DNA of 64,000 bases from the human T2T-CHM13v2.0 reference genome, Homo sapiens. The translations under genes were made by a program, and so were the position numbers. Location of the stretch: NCBI RefSeq assembly GCF_009914755.1, contig NC_060929.1. One strand, 5' to 3'. Positions 1 through 12,829 of this stretch are shown piece by piece (positions within the stretch are counted from its first letter, which is position 1; every line of letters starts with the position of its first letter). The notes beneath the pieces are model-generated. The model made no database searches and was not told the origin of the DNA. It worked only from the letters and a program-made list of their open reading frames with translations.

Positions 1-812
1 ATTCATGAGTTTGGTCAGTATGAAAGTTATGCCAGCATCTGGCTGGCCATGAGGACTGGCAACTGCTGTACCTGAGCTAAAGAGGGCTCACTCAATTTGC
101 AGCAGAGGGTGATACTCACAACCAGCAGCATTGTCAGTAGAAGTAATGATCTTGGTGTCAGTGGGTAGGTGTGTTAGGCCAATGGATCTACTAACCTGGT
201 TGTGCTCATGGTTGGGGTAAACATATTCCTAGCTGAAAGTGTGCATGCACTTTTGCAGTAGAGACTGAAGAGAGGGCCCAAGCTATTTTTACAGTTCTGG
301 CCTAACCTAGAGATAATACATATCTTCATAGGAGAATAGAAAAAGAGAGGCTAGACTTTCAACATACTCCTGTTCCTGCCACCGCCCCTCCCCCAACAAA
401 AGAAAAGAAACCTATTAGCTTGAGGTGTTTGTGCATTATTTCTATCAATTACTGGCTGACGTCAAAACTGTCTAGACACAGAGTAACCCATTTGGAGCTA
501 GGCTTTAAAATTTAAAAATCAAGAATAAAATAAACTGTGCAGAAACATCAATTGTCACACATCACAAGAGAAACAGATTTCATACATTTACCACAGGTAA
601 GTTAATAAACAAACAAAAAGCAACAGTAGCAAACTTCAGAAGGAAAATAGTCAAAACCCAAAGTTGTTACAATATATTATTTAAAATGTTTAGTTTTCAA
701 CAAATTGGACATACAGAGAAACAGGAAAGTGTGGTCCATACTTGGGGGAAAAAAGTAGTCAATAGAAAATGTTTCAGATGTTGAATTTGGTAGACAGACT
801 TCAAAGCACAGT

Positions 813-925
813 TTATATCTATATCTGTATCTATATATATATACACACATACACACATATGTATGTTTATGTGTATATGTATATATACACATATGTATGT
901 GTGTATATATACACACACACACATT
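813..925. repeat. Compound (TA)n/(CA)n/(TG)n microsatellite
   Basis: tatatatatatacacacatacacacatatgtatg... Confidence 0.9.
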
Positions 926-1408
926 TATATACTAAACTAAACAAAAACATGTTTAAAGCCCTAAAGGAGAGTACGATATAAATGTATCAACAAGTAAAGA
1001 TTCTCAATAAGGAGATAGAAATTATTTGAAATGAACAATATGAAAATTCTGAATTTGAAGAGTGTAATAACTGAAATGAGAAAGTTACTATAGCAGTTGA
1101 ACAACAGATTCAAATTGTCAGAATAAAAAAAAATCAGTGAACCTGAATATAGATCAATAGAGTGAATAATTTCCTAGGAATGAAGAGCAAAAAAGATGGA
1201 AGAGAAATGAACAGATCTTCAGAGACTTTTGGGACATCACATGTGCCAACATATGTGTAATGTATATTCTGGGACAAAAGAGAGAGAAAGGTAGAAAAAA
1301 AATACTTGAAAAAATGAAAGCCAAAGCTTTCCAAAATTTTATGAAAACCATTAGTCTAAACATCCAAGCAACTCAGTAAACTTTAAGTGAGATAAATACC
1401 AAAAGATA

Positions 1409-1799
<391 letters not shown>

Positions 1800-3203
1800 T
1801 CAATATAACAACAGACATTATCTGAAGCAATGAAGGACAGAAGGCAGCGGTATAGCATTTACAAAATTCTGAAAGAACAAAAAAAGAAATCATAACCAAT
1901 AGTTTTATATCCAGCAAAGTATCTTTCAAAATAAAGACGAAATAAAGACATTTATTAATTAACAGATTCATTGGTAACAGACCTGTTTTGTGACGCATAT
2001 TAAGAAATCTTCAGGGTGAAAGGAAACAACATGAAATGATAACATGAATCTACAGGAAGAAATAAAAATAATAAAAAATGTAAAATAGTGGATTAATAGA
2101 AAATATAAATACATATTTTCTTTTTTATTATTGTCTTTTATGCCAGATTGAACAAAGGAATAATTACAACACTGTGACATTGGGTTTATAATATAGATAG
2201 ATACAATATACATGACAATAATAGGACAAATTGGATAATATAGCTATATGAGAGCAAAATTTCTATATTTGCCACATATAAAGATATTATTAATATGAAA
2301 TAGATTATTAAGTAAATGTATTGAATTAGTAATTTAAGATATTTCCACAAAGAAAACCCTGGGCCCAGATGACTTCACTGGTGTTTTCTATTGAAAATTT
2401 AATGAAATTATACCAATTCCTTATAAACTCTTTCAGAAAATAGAGGAGGAGCGAACACTTCCCAACTCATTTTGTGAGGCCGATATTATCATAATATCAA
2501 AGCCAGACAAGACATTGCAAGAAAATAAAACTATAGACAAATATCCATCATGAACATAGATATAAACATTTGAAACAAAACACTAGCAAAAAGCAACCAG
2601 CTCCATACAGAAAGAATTATACACTATGACCAACTGAGATTCATTCCTCTTATGTAAAGATACTTTTGCATCTGAAAATCAGTTAAAGTATTTCACAATG
2701 ATAAAATAAAGCACAAAACCACCTGATCATCTCAATAGATGCTGAAAAGGTACGTGACAAAATCCAACACACATTAATAACAAACACTCTCAACAAACCA
2801 GGAATATGAGGTAACTTCCTTAACCTAATAAAGGCATCTAGGCAAAAGACCACAGCTGTCACATACTTAATGGTGAAATACTGAATGTTTACCCCTCAAT
2901 ATAGGAAAAAAACAAGGTTGTCTGCTCCCATCACTTCTATTCAGTGTTGCACTAGAAATTCTAGGCAGGGCAATTAGGCAAGAAAATAAGATAAAAGGTA
3001 TTCAGATTGGAAAAGAAGTAAAACTTCCTTTTTGCAGATGATATGATCTAGTGTATAGGAACACTACGGAATTCACTAAAAAACTCTTAGAGCTAATAAA
3101 TTGACTCCAGTAAGGTTACAGTGTACAAGATCAATATACAGTAATCAGTTGTATTTCTATATGCTTGCAATGCATAAGCAAAAAATGAAATAAGAAAATT
3201 GCT

Positions 3204-3306
3204 CCTGGCCATGGTGGTGTATTCCTGTAATCCCAGAAACTCATGATGCCAAGGAGTTTGAGGCCAGCCTGGGCAACATAGTTGAGACACCCATCTTTAA
3301 AAAATA
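3204..3306 (+). mobile_element. Alu monomer (FLAM/FAM-like) fragment
   Basis: cctggccatggtggtgtattcctgtaatcccag...gccagcctgggcaacatag. Confidence 0.75.
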
Positions 3307-3313
3307 AGGAATT

Positions 3314-3625
3314 GGCCAGGCACGGTGGCTCACCCCTGTAATCCCAGCACTTTGGGAGGCCGAGGTGGGCAGATCACAAGGTCAGGAGATTGAGACCATC
3401 CTGGCTAACACGGTGAAACCCCATCTCTACTAAACAAAAAATACAAAAAATTAGCCGGGCATCGTGTGGGCGCCTGTAGTCCCAGCTACTCGGGAGGCTG
3501 AGGCAGGGAGAATGGCGTGAACTTGGGAGGCAGAGCTTGCAATGAGCCGAGATCGCGCCACTGCAATCCAGCCTGGGCGACAGAGCAAGACTCCTTCTCA
3601 AAAAAAAAAAATAATAATAATAAAA
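3314..3625 (+). mobile_element. AluY-like
   Basis: AluY diagnostics gatcacaaggtcaggagattgagaccatcctggctaacacgg and gaatggcgtgaac...gagcttgc. Confidence 0.92.
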
Positions 3626-3816
3626 ATACAGAATAAAGAAATTAAGGAAAAGAATTGCCTTCACAATAGCATCAAAAAATACCTAGAAATAAGTCTAACA
3701 AAAGAAATTCAAGACTCCTACACTGAGAACTATGCAACATTGTTGAGAGAAATTAAAGAAGACTTAAGTAAATGGGAAAACATCTTATATTTATAGATTA
3801 GAAATTTAGTATTGTT

Positions 3817-4117
3817 GGCCGGGTGTAATGGCCTACACCTGTAATCCTAGCACTTTGGGAAGCTGATGCGGGCAGATCATTTGAGCTCAGCAGTTTGAGA
3901 CCAACCTGGGCAATATGGCAAAACTCCATCTCTACAAAAAATACAAAAAAACTTAGCCAGGCATAGTGGAGCATGCCTATAGTCCCAGCTAGTTGGGAGG
4001 CTGAGACAGGAGGATTGCTTGAGCCTGGGAGGCAGAGGTTACGGTGAGCCAAGATCACACCACTGCAGTCCAGCCTGGGTGACAGAGCGAGACCCTGTCT
4101 CAAAAAAAACAAAAAAA
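3817..4117 (+). mobile_element. AluJ
   Basis: AluJ features aggattgcttgagcc and gagaccctgtctc; near-TSD aaatttagtattgtt / aaattaatattgtt. Confidence 0.9.
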
Positions 4118-5803
4118 TTAATATTGTTAAGATAAATACTTTCAAATTGGTACATAGATTCAGTGAGATGCCTATCAAAATCCCAGCTGGTTTTTTAGCA
4201 AAAATTGACAGAATGATCCTAAAACTTATATAGAATTTCAAGCAAGCAAGAGTAGACAAAACAATCTTGGAAAACAAGAAATAATTGGAGAACTCTTTCT
4301 GATTTCAAAAGTTACTACAAAGATATAATAACCAAGATGATGTAATATTATTATTATAAAGATAGTCATTATATCAGACATAGTCTCACTGATAAAATGA
4401 GAATCTAGAATTGAGACTGTAGAAGTAAGCCTTCATGTTTACGGTCAATTGGTCCTCAGCACAGCTGCGAAGACAATTTAGTGGGGAAAGGATAGTCTTT
4501 TAGACAAACAGTGCTTGGACAATTGGGTATCGACTTGAAAAACAGTTACACAGGTGTTTACCTCATATGAAACACAAAAATTAACTCAAAATGGATCATA
4601 GGCCTATATATAATAGCTAAACCTATTAAAGAAAACAGAAAATCTCTGTGAACTTAGTTTTAGGCAAAGAGTTCTCAACTATAATATCAAAAGCACAATA
4701 CATAAATGAAAAAATTGATAAATTGGATTTCGTCAAAATAAAAAAAATTCTGCACTTCAAAAAGGTATCATTAAGAACATGAAAACACATGCCATGAATT
4801 GGGAGAAAATATTTGCAAATCACATATCTGATAAGGGATTTGTTTCTAGCATATATAAAGAATATTTACAACTCAATAATAAGAAAATAAACAACTGGGT
4901 CAAAAAATTTGCAAAAGACTTGAATAGGCATTTCATTGAAGAAGATATAAGAATTGTTAATAATCACATGAACAGATGCTTAACATCATTTAATCATTAG
5001 ATAATACAAATTACAGTTAAAATCAGATACCACTACACACCTACCTGAATGGATATAATCTAAAAGTTAGAAAATAATGTGTAGGAAAGGATGTGGCAAA
5101 ACTTGAATCCTCATACATTTCTGGTGGGAATGTAAAATGTTACAACCACTTTAGAAAACTGTTTGGCAGTTCCTCAAAAAGTAAAATACATACTTACCCT
5201 ATAACCTAGCTATTCTACTTCTAAGTCTTTACTGAAGAGAAATAAGAACATACGTCCTCATAAAGACATATACTTGACTGTTCATCAGAGCATTAGTAAT
5301 AATAACTCCAAACTGGAAAATTCTGAATGTTCATCTTCTGGTGAAACGTTAAATAAAATGTGGTCTATCCATACAATAAAGTATTATTTGGCAATATAAA
5401 GGAGTAAACTACTGATAGATACTTATTGTGGATGAGCCTCAAAAAAATTATGCTAAAGCAAAGGGAACCAGATGCAAAGGTTGTTTATTGTATGATCCTA
5501 TTTATATCTAATATCAAGAAAAAGGGAATATATATAGGTACTGAAAACCGATTAAATGTTTGCTAAAGCTTGGAGTGGAAATGATGATTAATTCAAATGA
5601 GCCCAAGAGAATTTTTGGACATGATGGAACTGTCCTAAAACTGATTGAGGTGATCGTTGTACAAGTATAAATTGCTAAAATCATTGAATTGTACACTTAT
5701 ACTGGGTGAATGTTATGGTGTATCAATTGTTCATTAATAAAAACTTTCTAAGAGTTTCTTTCTAAAAAAAAAAATAAGCATTTGATCATCTTGAGATATT
5801 TCA

Positions 5804-6223
<420 letters not shown>

Positions 6224-6818
6224 TCAAGAGTAAATTAATCCGGAGGGTAATGAAATACAAGTATACTTCTTGTTTTTCTATTCTTATTAGTATTATTTTC
6301 TGTTCTTATTGCTTTGATAAATCCCTAATATTTTCATAAATCACTGGAGCTATTGAAGAATGAAGTAGAGCTGAACCTCAGCACAAGGATGCAGATGTCA
6401 GCAGAATTCTGTAGCCTGTGTAACTCTTACCTGAAGTTTTTACTATACTCAACTTCAATGAATGCCTTCTCTCTCAGTGTATTTTTGTTGGTGTCTGCCT
6501 TCCCTCCTGCCCTTTCTCTCTAATTCTTACATTCAAATCCCAAGGGAAGTGGCTTAAGGGTGTCTTCAATGAGAATAGAACATCTTGTAGGTATAACACT
6601 TGTTCTGCCACCCATAAGACTGCTAGCCAGCCTGCTACTTGGTTGCATTTTTGCTGTTTTGCTCCAAGTATCTGTGACCAGGATTGCATAAAGTATAGCA
6701 ATTTGACATTAACTTGTGTCATCTATAAGCTGTTTCAGTGGGCAAAATATATATGAGAAAAAGTATGTGGTCGCTTATTTAACTTAAACATTTAGTTTCT
6801 TGAACTTCTCAGTCTTTA

Positions 6819-6995
6819 CCTTTTTTATATATATATATATATTTATTAGATTTTAAGTTCTAGGGTACATGTGCACAACGTGCAGGTTTGTTACATATGT
6901 ATACATGTGCCATGTTGGTGTGCTGCACCCATTAACTCATCATTTACATTAGGTAGATCTACTAATGCTATCCCTCCCCCCTCCCCCCACCCCAC
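6819..6995 (-). mobile_element. Very short 5'-truncated L1PA 3' end
   Basis: ttttaagttctagggtacatgtgcacaacgtgcagg...ccctccccccaccccac; perfect 16-bp TSD aacttctcagtcttta at 6803-6818 and 6996-7011. Confidence 0.93.
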
Positions 6996-7671
6996 AACTT
7001 CTCAGTCTTTAATATGCTAATTAATATGCATGGTGATAAAGATGGTACATACTCTGCAACATTTCTCAAACTCATAAAACTTTATGAACTTTTTTCAGTG
7101 GATATTAGTGTTCCCTGCAACCTATGTGAGAAATCCTGTGTTAGATGGTTTCGACTTTCATATGAATGAGGTGAGAAAAGGGAAGGTATCTAAAGAAAAC
7201 AGGTATTTCCTAGGACAGTGTTTGTATGTCTGTTTTAAGAGGACATGTACTAAATATGAGGAGAGGATCATATATTTGAGGATACAGTTTTAAAATGTAG
7301 CATAAAATCATAAGAATAATATTAAACCTCAAACATGCAAAAACTTGGAGGAATTCTGAAAATGGTTAAAAAACGATGTTTTGTTTTGTTTTTTTACCAT
7401 TGTTGTAAATGGTAAAAACATTCTCAGATCTCAGACTACTCTGAGAATTTACTTATCTTAGCACAAATGTCTGTTGGCATAACTAATGTTAATAGATGAC
7501 AGAAACAATACACAAATGCTACTTAATTTGGTTTATTTTGCCTCAAGTTGAGTTCTTAACTTGTGGTTTTTAAGAAGTGTTTAGTGAAAGGATATCTGAA
7601 CTCTTTGGATTTATGTGTAAAATTTTCTATGTTTATCTGTCTATATATCTATTTGTATATCTATATGAATA

Positions 7672-8100
7672 TGTTAGTTTGCCAGGGCTGCTGCTGTAAC
7701 AAAGTACATAACTGAGTGACTTGAACAACAGAAATATATTTACTCACATTCTGGAGGCTAGGATCCTGAAATTGAGATGTTGGCAGGGTTAATTTCTTCT
7801 GAGGGCTTTGAGGGAATGATTTATTAACCAGGCCTCTCTCCTTGGCTTATAGGCAACCAGCTTCTCCCTGTTACATCAAATTTTCTTCCTTCTATACCTA
7901 TCTCTGTTCAAATTACCCTTTTTATAAGGGTACCAGTCATATTGGATTAGGGCTCACCCTAATGACCTCATTTTAACTTTATTACCTCTGTAAATACCCT
8001 ACATCCAAATAAGGTTGCATTCTTAGGTCCTGGGAGTTCAGACTGCAAAATATCTTTTTTTGGGTGTGTTGGGGGGTGAGGGGGATTTCCACCCATAACA
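7672..8100 (-). mobile_element. MLT1 (MaLR) solo LTR
   Basis: agggctgctgtaacaaagtac...ttctggaggctag...ggattagggctcaccctaatgacctcattttaac...cccataaca. Confidence 0.85.
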
Positions 8101-8372
8101 ATGCCAATAGGTCTATATCTTTCTGAAGCAAGGATCCAAATCAAGATGTTGGCTGGGTTGCTGTTTTCAAAAGGGACCATATTCCAAAAATGATTCCAAA
8201 CCATTGATCTAAGAGACTGATATTTAAACTAGAAAGAATGGAGTAAGACTTGTTAAAAGGGAACTGAAGTCTACAATAGATGAGATGATGAGATAAGAAG
8301 AGAAAGTAACAGCATTCAAACAGATAGCTAAATCACTGTCTGTCTGTGCATTAGATTGGAGGTTTGTTTAGA

Positions 8373-8670
8373 GCTGCAGTGTTCAGTAAGGTTGCCACTA
8401 GCTACATGAGGCCATTGAAGATAGAAATGTGGCTAGTCCAAATTGAGATGTGCTGTAAATGTATACTACACACTGGATTTCGAAAACCTGCTATGACTAA
8501 GTATGAAAAAAGGAATGTAGTATGTCTCATTAATAAATGTTTATATTATACGTTGAAATTGTATTTTGAGTATATTTAGTTAAACACGTATTAATATCAA
8601 CATATTCTTTTTCTTTTTCCTTTTTAAATGTGGCTAAATAGGAAATTTAAAATTTTATATGAAATATATA
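8373..8670. mobile_element. MER33-like hAT-Charlie MITE
   Basis: gccactagctacatg...aaatgtggctagtccaaattgagatgtgctgtaaatgta...ggatttcgaa. Confidence 0.75.
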
Positions 8671-10019
8671 TATTCAACATAGTCATCTTGAGGTTCTCAA
8701 GTTTTATCTCATGCTGATTTTGTGGTTCTAGAATAGATTTATATTACTTTGAAGAGGAAATCAAATTGTACTAACAAGTCTTTATGGAGCACTTAATATG
8801 AGGGTCTTTAGGTCATGAGATCTAACGACCCATGTATGACTAGGATTGTGGGTATAATTGAGTATTTTTACCTAAGAAAGGCAAAAGGTATTGTACTTTA
8901 CTACAATTAATCAATTTTTTTGATTAATTATAGTAAAACTGACTTAAGAATGCGTGGATCATTTATTTGTTTGTCCCAGGAACGTGAAGCTAGACGTGTT
9001 CATTGTCCCTGTTAAACAGCAAACCATGACTGAGTTCAGACAAAAGGTGATGTGAATGCAGCAACAATTTCTAAATCAGTTAAATGTCTATAATATAATA
9101 TGTAGGATTCTTGTCTTTCTGGGATTGTGACTGGAATCTCTACCACAAACAGCACATCTGGTCCCCTGAGCCAATTCATCAGCATCGCCTGTAAGCCATA
9201 TTTAAGATCAAAAGGATAGACAAGGTTACCAATGATGAGGTTCTGGAATGTTGCCAGCGCATCAGCACTAACATGATACTTGCCACGACTTAACTCTGAG
9301 GGCCTGGGGATGTGTGAAGGATGGATATCAGCAGGCTCTCTAAGCAGATTCTGAATGCATGGTGTGGTGAAACAGAACAGTTACAAGTATGGTGGCCAGA
9401 AGAAAAGCTCAATGTGAGACCCTTAGTGGCAAATTCAAGCCTTGTGGTAAAACTCAGGAATGCTGAGAAATAGTAAACCTAGTTAACACCCAGGATTTTT
9501 TGAGGAGAGAGAGAAAGGATATAATTTGGGGAGTGACAAAATAAAAAAGATCTTAGGTACTGATGGTCACATTGCTTTTCGAGCTATATTATCTTTTAAT
9601 TTAAATGAATAATTTGGACAAAATCAGAAGTTGTAAATTGTTGATCCTTTCTGCGAACTAAGCTACATATTTTCTTTCTTTTTCGGTGACATCAGTGTTT
9701 TAAATAATTGATACAAATGCATTTAAACAGGGCATTGGTTTCCTGATTTTCTGTAATCTGCAACCCTCCTTATTGTCTTAGATCTGGCTCACATTGTTTA
9801 TTCTTATCACTTGCATAACTTCTAGAAGTATTTGTGACCCTTGGAGGAAGATAATGATACTGATGATAATGAGTACTGCTGCTGTACTAGTATTCTAATT
9901 CTCCTACTAACAATTATTGTTACTACTATTCACTACTACTTCTACTTTTTGAATTACTGTTATTTTTTATTATGGCATCACTACCACAACTGCTACAGAC
10001 TCATTAATTTAGACACCTA

Positions 10020-10200
10020 AATTATTTAAGCACTATTTCATTTAACTTAACAATTCTATGAGGTATATACTATTATTATCACCCATTACAACTGAAAGAA
10101 CTGATGCACATAAAGGTTAGAGAACTTCCTAAGGGTAAGCTGTCTAGTAATTTGTAGAGTTAGAGTTCTAACCCAAGCAGTCTGATTACAGAGCTCATCT
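10020..10200 (-). mobile_element. MIR
   Basis: aacaattctatgaggta...tattatcacccatt...aggttagagaacttcctaagg...aacccaagcagtctga. Confidence 0.75.
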
Positions 10201-10609
10201 GTGAGAGCCCTCCTATCCTAAAGTTCTTTATGTTTTTTGAAATAGAACACTCTAATTTATTAAAATCCTGTAGTTGAGTGTGGCTTTGTATTTTAAATTC
10301 AATTATATTCCATGCCTTCATTTTAATAAAATAATTTAGAGCTCCTTAAAAGAGGTGAAATATATTATTTCTTTCTCATCTTAATGGAAGAAGAGAAGGT
10401 GCTTTTTTGGTGGTTCTGTTACAATTTGATGGCAGAGCAAATAAAGCAGGAGAACAGTGATTTATGCTCAGTCCTAGATTAAAGGGCTTGTGTTAAAAGG
10501 TTATTAAGTATTTATTTAATAAATACTACATTTAATATTAATAATATTAAATGTCCATTTAGACATTAAAATAATAGATTTAGTTTTAAATGTAGCCTTA
10601 TATACTATT

Positions 10610-11328
10610 AATGTTTTATTTAGTGGATATAAATTTAGAATTGTTATAGCTTATTGGTGAATTGACTTTTTTATAGTTATGAAATATCTCTCGTTATCTT
10701 TCGTAATGCTTCTTTCCTTAACATCTTCTTTATCTGATAGTAGTATAACTACCCCAACTTTCTTTTCTTTGGTGTTTACATGGTTTATCTTTTAATTTTT
10801 TTTACCATTATTCTTTCAATCTTTTATATATCTGAGATCGGTCTTTGTGTCAACATCATATAGTTGTTTTTTAAATCTGATAATCTTTGTATTTTGATTG
10901 GAGTATTTATTCCATTTACAGTTCATGAAGTTAATTATATAATTTATATATTTTAGGTTAGATCTACTAAGATTCTATTTGTTCTTTATTTTAACTATTC
11001 CAACTTTCTTCATTATTTCTTGTAGATTGTTATGATTTTGTTCTAGTGGTCACTCTACAGATGGCAACATATCCGTGATTTATTACAGTCTAATATAAAT
11101 TTTCACTTTCACACTTTTTAAAACAACACTTCAGTGCATTATTGCATTGTTAGCTTGTATTTAAATTTGCCTTATATTTTTAGACCTCATAAAACATTGT
11201 TATTGTAGTTTGGATAGTCAGCATTATGTATATCTGTCCACATCTTTATCTTTTACCTTGTGCATTATCCCTTTTTGTTCATATGTGTTTTTATGTGGAA
11301 TTCTTTTTCATCAGCCTGGAGAACCCTC
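10610..11328 (-). mobile_element. Ancient L1M fragment (host element, resumes at about 15635-15880)
   Basis: T-rich antisense L1 inter-ORF and ORF1-end sequence, homologous to the + strand L1 near 2000-2100. Confidence 0.65.
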
Positions 11329-11479
11329 ATTTTCTTCTTAATTTCTTTATTGGCCAAATTCAGGAACATGTTGTTTAATTTTCATGCATTTGTACAGTTC
11401 ACAGAGTTTTTCCTGTTATTAATTTCTAATTTTATTTCATCGTGGTCAGAAAATATATTTGATACAATTTTAGATGTTT

Positions 11480-11810
11480 GTGTTTTTTTGTTTTTGTTTT
11501 TGCTTTTTTGTACTTTTTGTTTTGTTTTGAGACAGGGTCTCACTTTACCACCCAGGCTTGAGTGGAGTGGTGCGATCACGGCTCACCACAGCCTCGACTT
11601 CCCTGGCTCAAGTGATCCTCCCATCTCAGCCTTCCAAGTAGCTGGGACTATAGGTGTGTGCCACAACACCTGGCTAATTTTTGTAGTTTTTGTAGAGATG
11701 AGATTTTGCCATGTTGCTTAGGCTGGTCTTGAGTTCCTGAGTTCAAGCAATGTACCTGCCTTGGCCTCCCAAAATGCTGGGATTACAGGTGTGAGCCTTC
11801 GTGCCTGGCA
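11480..11810 (-). mobile_element. AluJ
   Basis: gagacagggtctcact...ctcaagtgatcctccc...gggattacaggtgtgagc. Confidence 0.9.
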
Positions 11811-12454
11811 GATGATTTTACTTTTGAAAAATTTGTTGAGACTTGTTTTGTGGTCTAACGTGTCATCTATCCTGGAAGATATTCCATGTTCTGATGAGAA
11901 GAATGTGTATTCTGCAGCTGTTGGGTGAAATGTTCTGTAAATGTCAAGTCTATTTGGTCTAAAATGTAGTTTAACTCAGATGTTACTGTGTTTGGTTTTT
12001 GGCCTATTTTTGAATGTGGGGTTTTGAAGTTCCCTATTATTATCATATTGTCATCTATCCTTTTCAGGATACAGTTCTATTTCTTTCTATTCAAAGGAGT
12101 CTATTCAATCTCCTTTTCAGTCTATTAATATTTGCTCTATATATTTGGGTGCTGTGGTGTTGGGTGCAGATATAACAATTGTTATATCCTCTTGCTGAAT
12201 TGACTTCTTAATCATTATATAATTACCTCCATTGTTGCTTTTTGCAGTTTTTTTGTTTTGTTTTGTTTTACCTAAAGTTTATTGTATCTGATATAAGTAT
12301 AGCTACTTTGCTCCTGGTTTTGGTCACCATTTGAATGGAATTTTTTTTTTTTCATCAACCCTCTTTCAGTCTGTATGACCTTACAGATGAAGTGAGTCTA
12401 TTGTAGGTAGACTTGGGTCTTGTTTTTTGCTTTGTTTTGTTTTTTGTTTTTTGT

Positions 12455-12829
12455 TTTATTATACTTTAAGTTCTAGGGTACATGTGTACAACGTACAGGT
12501 TTGTTACATATGTATACATGTGCCATGCTGGTGTGCTGCACCCATTAACTCGTCATTTACATTAGTTGTATCTCCTAATGCTATCCCTCCCCCCTCCCCC
12601 CACCCCATGACAGGCCCCAGTGTGTGATGTTCCCCTTCCTGTGGTCCTTGTGATAGTTTGCTGAGAATGATGGTTTCCAGCTTCATCCATGTCCCTACAA
12701 AGGACATGAACTCATCCTTTTTTATGGCTGCATAGTATTCTATGGTGTATATGTGCCACATTTTCTTCATCCAGTCTATCATTGATGGACATTTGGGTTG
12801 GTTCCAAGTCTTTGCTTATTGTGAATAGC
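12455..12829 (-). mobile_element. L1PA 3' end fragment with internal deletion
   Basis: tattatactttaagttctagggtacatg... 3' UTR; ORF2 end [40 protein letters not shown]. Confidence 0.9.

Noticed and set aside
590-602. CAG|GTAAGT as a recursive site
   Set aside because: Weak pyrimidine tract and located in an L1 relic.
3798-4277. Alu-derived ORFs (also 3374, 5801, 11260, 28402, 43649, 59469)
   Set aside because: Typical Alu translations (LSPRLECSG...), not genes.
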